This document shows, piece by piece, positions 61,032 through 64,000 of a stretch of 64,000 nucleotides of DNA; position 1 is the stretch's first letter, and each line of letters starts with the position of its first letter. The position numbers were made by a program, and so were the translations under genes. The notes under the pieces are model-generated. The model worked only from the letters and a program-made list of their open reading frames with translations. It did not search any database and was not told the origin of the DNA. The stretch spans positions 186,001 through 250,000 of the IMG/VR virus record IMGVR_UViG_3300031576_000001; one strand, 5' to 3'.

Positions 61032-61271
61032 ATGAGTGACCTCTCAGTGTGCATGGGGTGCGGGGACGACGGCACCCGGTACGACCCCGAATGGGGAGGG
61101 TATCTTTGTACCGTGTGCAAGGTCGTGCCCCCGGACAACCTTGAGAAGCCCGCGGGGCTTTGTGAGGGGTGCGCTCAGCCATTTAGCCGGGAGAGACCGC
61201 TTGTGTACTCCCCCGGGTGGTCCATCCCTTACCACGGGGAGTGCCTCTCGGGTGCGGGGCTAACGACCTGA
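61032..61271 (+). CDS. Zn-finger protein
   Basis: CxxC repeats. Confidence 0.45.
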   Translation: MSDLSVCMGCGDDGTRYDPEWGGYLCTVCKVVPPDNLEKPAGLCEGCAQPFSRERPLVYSPGWSIPYHGECLSGAGLTT

Positions 61272-61310
61272 AATTTCCACCCTCCTTCTCTCTGGTGTAT
61301 CCTAGACACC

Positions 61311-61721
61311 ATGTCAGACGACGCTGTACTGTACGGGCTTCTTGGGTTGTGCGCTGTGCTGGTGGTTCTTGAAGCCTGGCGTAACCACCAGATACTCAAG
61401 AACATTGCCAAGCTCAACGACGACTTGAGCGCCAGGCTCAACGCTATAGGGACGCACAAGCCACCGGAGAGGGTTGTTGAGCCGGCGCCCTCGACGACAA
61501 CCGAGGCTAAAGGTGTTGAGCGCCCGTCGTGGGAGTTTCCGTTGTCCCCCTCACAGTACACCCACGTCAGCGTCAAGGGTAACCCGGCTGACGTGCAGAA
61601 GGTTCTCGACGAAGTGGTGGCGCTAACACAGGCCGTTCAAAAGGTGGGCTCTGTGTCCCACCAAGGGTCAGCCGGCGAGGCGTCCTCTACCAAAGAGGGC
61701 TCTACTAGCCGCAATGAGTTA
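61311..61721 (+). CDS. Membrane-anchored protein
   Basis: GGTGTA-N11-ATG; N-terminal TM helix; TTA three codons before TGA. Confidence 0.55.
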
Positions 61722-62035
61722 ACAGGTTGAGGGGGTGTGTCGGTAGGCTCCCATTCGTCTACCTCGTCGCTGACCCCCGTGGTGCGAAGCGTGCGCGGGA
61801 TAATGGCGGGTAGTCCCCTGGACAGGGACCGGCTTGCTGCGTGAAGTTGACGCCTGGTTTCCGCCACGCGAGCCGTAGAAGCCTCGGTACTGCGCAGACC
61901 CGACTTGATCCCCTTGGGCGTGACCAGCGTGCGGGTAGCCTCTCGGTTTCTGGCGATAACGTCTCGGATCTCAGCCTCGGAGAGCCCTGCGGCGTTACCG
62001 AGTCGCCGGATCTGTTCTTCCACGGGTAGTGGCAT
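61637..62035 (-). CDS. Hypothetical protein
   Basis: ORF filling the gap; 3' end overlaps the convergent gene. Confidence 0.4.
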   Translation of the reverse strand: MPLPVEEQIRRLGNAAGLSEAEIRDVIARNREATRTLVTPKGIKSGLRSTEASTARVAETRRQLHAASRSLSRGLPAIIPRTLRTTGVSDEVDEWEPTDTPPQPVNSLRLVEPSLVEDASPADPWWDTEPTF

Positions 62036-62077
62036 GGTGAGCCTATCCTACCCTAAGAGGAAAGGAGCGTCTACAGC

Positions 62078-63154
62078 ATGGCTACCCTCGCAGAAGTCAA
62101 AAAAGGCACCTATAAAAGCTATTGTGGTCCCGTTTTCTGGGGTTCGGTCAAGGTTTCCGACCCAGGGGTCACTGAGGGCGGCAAGTTCTTGGTTGTCACT
62201 TCCACAACCGAAGGGGGGCGCTGGGACTCGGGGCAAGCCTACGATTCTTGCCGTTTTACCGCGGGCGGTATTCAATACTGCGAGCGCTTCTTCCTGGTCT
62301 CAGGCTTGCTAAACGCCATCGGTAACCGTAGCCAGGCACTTCTCACCCCGTTGCAAGACACCCTGGCTAACTTTGGGGCTGAGTTCAAGAAGGGTAGGTT
62401 TCACCTGAACGGCAAAGAGGTAAAGACCGACAAGGACCAGTGTAACCTGTTCTTCAAGGGGGGCACAGGGCTACAAGGCTCTTGGACGGACGACGCTTGG
62501 CAACAAGGATCTGAAATCGTGGTCGCCGTGGCTAACGTGCTGGCACAGCCCGAAGCGATTGACGTTCAGAAGGCGTACACACTCCCCAGGCTCAAGGGTT
62601 TTGCGATCAAAGAGGCTGCCAAGGTGCTCTTTGGGGGTGGCGAGCCTAGCGTAGGTTGGGTAGGGGCTATCAGGGCAGCCTACATTAGCTTTGCAGCCAA
62701 CAACCCCACGCTCGCCTACAACGCATTTACCAGGGTTTTTCAGGAGTCAGGCGAAGAGGTATTCAGCGAGGCGTGGTGCGTGAGGCTGCTAGAGGCGCTT
62801 ACCTTTAGCTCCGGGGTGGTCATCTACCCCGAGCGGTACAACAAGATACGCCCCGTCATTGAGCGCCTCTTCGGGGTGGACCTCCCCGACCACGCAAGCC
62901 AGTTGAAGACCTGGGAAGAGGGGATGGGCTCTACGCGCACCCTGACGACGCCCGTCGAACTACAAGAAGCCCTTATCACTCTAGGTTACGACCTTGGACC
63001 CGCAGGCGCTGACGGTAAGGTGGGCAAGAAGACCACGGAAGCAGTCAAGGCGTTTCAGAGTCAGCGTGGCTTGGTGTCGGACGGTCTTGTGGGACCGCAG
63101 ACACGGACAGCTCTGCTACAGGCTCTTGAGGCTGTGCAACCCCCGTCGCAGTGA
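62078..63154 (+). CDS. Endolysin-like protein with C-terminal peptidoglycan-binding domain
   Basis: LQEALITLGY...DGKVGKKTTEAVKAFQ...DGLVGPQT; N-terminal TEGG.WD...AYD...AGGIQ is lysozyme-like. Confidence 0.75.
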   Translation: MATLAEVKKGTYKSYCGPVFWGSVKVSDPGVTEGGKFLVVTSTTEGGRWDSGQAYDSCRFTAGGIQYCERFFLVSGLLNAIGNRSQALLTPLQDTLANFGAEFKKGRFHLNGKEVKTDKDQCNLFFKGGTGLQGSWTDDAWQQGSEIVVAVANVLAQPEAIDVQKAYTLPRLKGFAIKEAAKVLFGGGEPSVGWVGAIRAAYISFAANNPTLAYNAFTRVFQESGEEVFSEAWCVRLLEALTFSSGVVIYPERYNKIRPVIERLFGVDLPDHASQLKTWEEGMGSTRTLTTPVELQEALITLGYDLGPAGADGKVGKKTTEAVKAFQSQRGLVSDGLVGPQTRTALLQALEAVQPPSQ

Positions 63155-63566
63155 GGGTGACCTCTGGCAAGGGCGCAGGCTCAGGGGGCGCTTGTACCGC
63201 GGGGGCAGGCGTAGGGGGCAACGCTACCGGCGCGGGCTCTGGGGTGTTAGCCGCTTGCAGCACCTTACGAAGAGCCTCTTTGGAGGCTTTCTTGGTAGGC
63301 GTAGCTTTGACCGGAGCGGGCGGCGGGGTCTCCGCTACGGGCGTGGTCGCTGGCCCAGACTCTTCAGGGGGAGCGTGGTCCAAGACGCCCAGCGCCAGGT
63401 TACAAAGGTCGTACAGGTCAGCCGCCTTGTTACCCGCGTAACGCATAGCGTTAGGGAGCGTGACTAGGAGGCGGGCTCGGTAGTGTTGACTATGTGCCAC
63501 GTCCGCCCCGATGAGCTTTGCGGAGAGGCAGCGGTCGCGAAGGTCGAGAATCTCTTGTCTCTTCAT
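63045..63566 (-). CDS. Pro/Ala-rich hypothetical protein
   Basis: ATG (MKRQEIL); 3' end overlaps the endolysin. Confidence 0.45.
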   Translation of the reverse strand: MKRQEILDLRDRCLSAKLIGADVAHSQHYRARLLVTLPNAMRYAGNKAADLYDLCNLALGVLDHAPPEESGPATTPVAETPPPAPVKATPTKKASKEALRKVLQAANTPEPAPVALPPTPAPAVQAPPEPAPLPEVTLTATGVAQPQEPVAELSVSAVPQDRPTPSHADSETP

Positions 63567-63636
63567 GGTGCGGGGTAACTTAGCACACCACAAGGGCTCC
63601 GCACGCTTTGGCGCTAGAAGGGCGTACCGAGAGGGT

Positions 63637-63867
63637 TAAGGGGTACTGGCTACGCTTCAGGTACCAGACCCACCTTGCGTCAAAGGGGCCAGACTGAGGG
63701 GGTACGACCACGGCGGGCTTTGCGGGTGGCTTGTTGCAAGCGCAGTCATTGTTCTGGTGGAGCCCAAAGAGCTTGACCTTGACGATGCCCACCGTGTACA
63801 GCGGTACCGTGAGGGCGAGCACACGCCCGACGTGCAAAGCTCCCATCACGTTTTGCGCGAGACCCAT
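63637..63867 (-). CDS. Small hypothetical protein
   Basis: ATG 3 nt after the upstream in-frame TTA (63871-63873); ends at TTA 63637-63639. Confidence 0.45.
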
Positions 63868-64000
63868 GGCTAAGCCATTAGCCTCTTTGCGGAGACTCCG
63901 CTCACTGGCGCCAAGGTAGGCGATCTGAGAGTGGTCCACCGTGCCAGCCTTGCCTGCCTCAAGGCTCGTTGCCCGAGGGACTACCCTCATGCTCACGTCC

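Noticed and set aside
1-64000. TAG or TGA stop-to-sense recoding, as in other large phages
   Set aside because: Conserved genes are not fragmented under code 11, and TAG, TGA and TAA all end well-defined genes.
1-64000. CRISPR array, tRNA, rRNA, integrase or transposase
   Set aside because: No spaced direct repeats, cloverleafs or such motifs seen by eye. The R-K-R-H-Y protein matches TopoIB rather than a tyrosine integrase.

Overview
This is a gene-dense, GC-rich (roughly 55-60%) segment of a large dsDNA bacteriophage. The host cannot be identified from the window, and there are no capsid, terminase, tRNA, rRNA or CRISPR features. The left part is a replication module: SNF2-like helicase with two inteins, degenerate DnaC-like protein, DnaB helicase, stand-alone primase Zn finger, family A DNA polymerase and a Ycf46-like AAA operon. 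The rest holds three HExxH zincin paralogues, three DNA methyltransferases (one with an intein), ThyX, NADAR, SLOG, HAD, a topoisomerase IB fusion, an ECF-like sigma factor, a vWA protein, two J-domain proteins, an endolysin-like protein and many small ORFs. The main discovery is that TTA (UUA) appears to act as a termination codon. It is absent in frame from every long gene body I read, yet sits at about 25 predicted gene ends, splits apparent fusion ORFs right before new start codons, removes overlaps, and exposes an outer-membrane beta-signal, a terminator and a promoter. Other unexplained signals are an octamer CCAAGAGG/CCTCTTGG present at least 74 times (eye count), a shared R-V-A-x-R-Y leader on unrelated proteins, and two promoter classes (TGA-NNN-N15-CGTA and GGTGTA-N9..18-ATG). 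CDS ends below use the in-frame TTA where the evidence supports it. All counts were made by eye and all family names come from motif recognition, not database searches.
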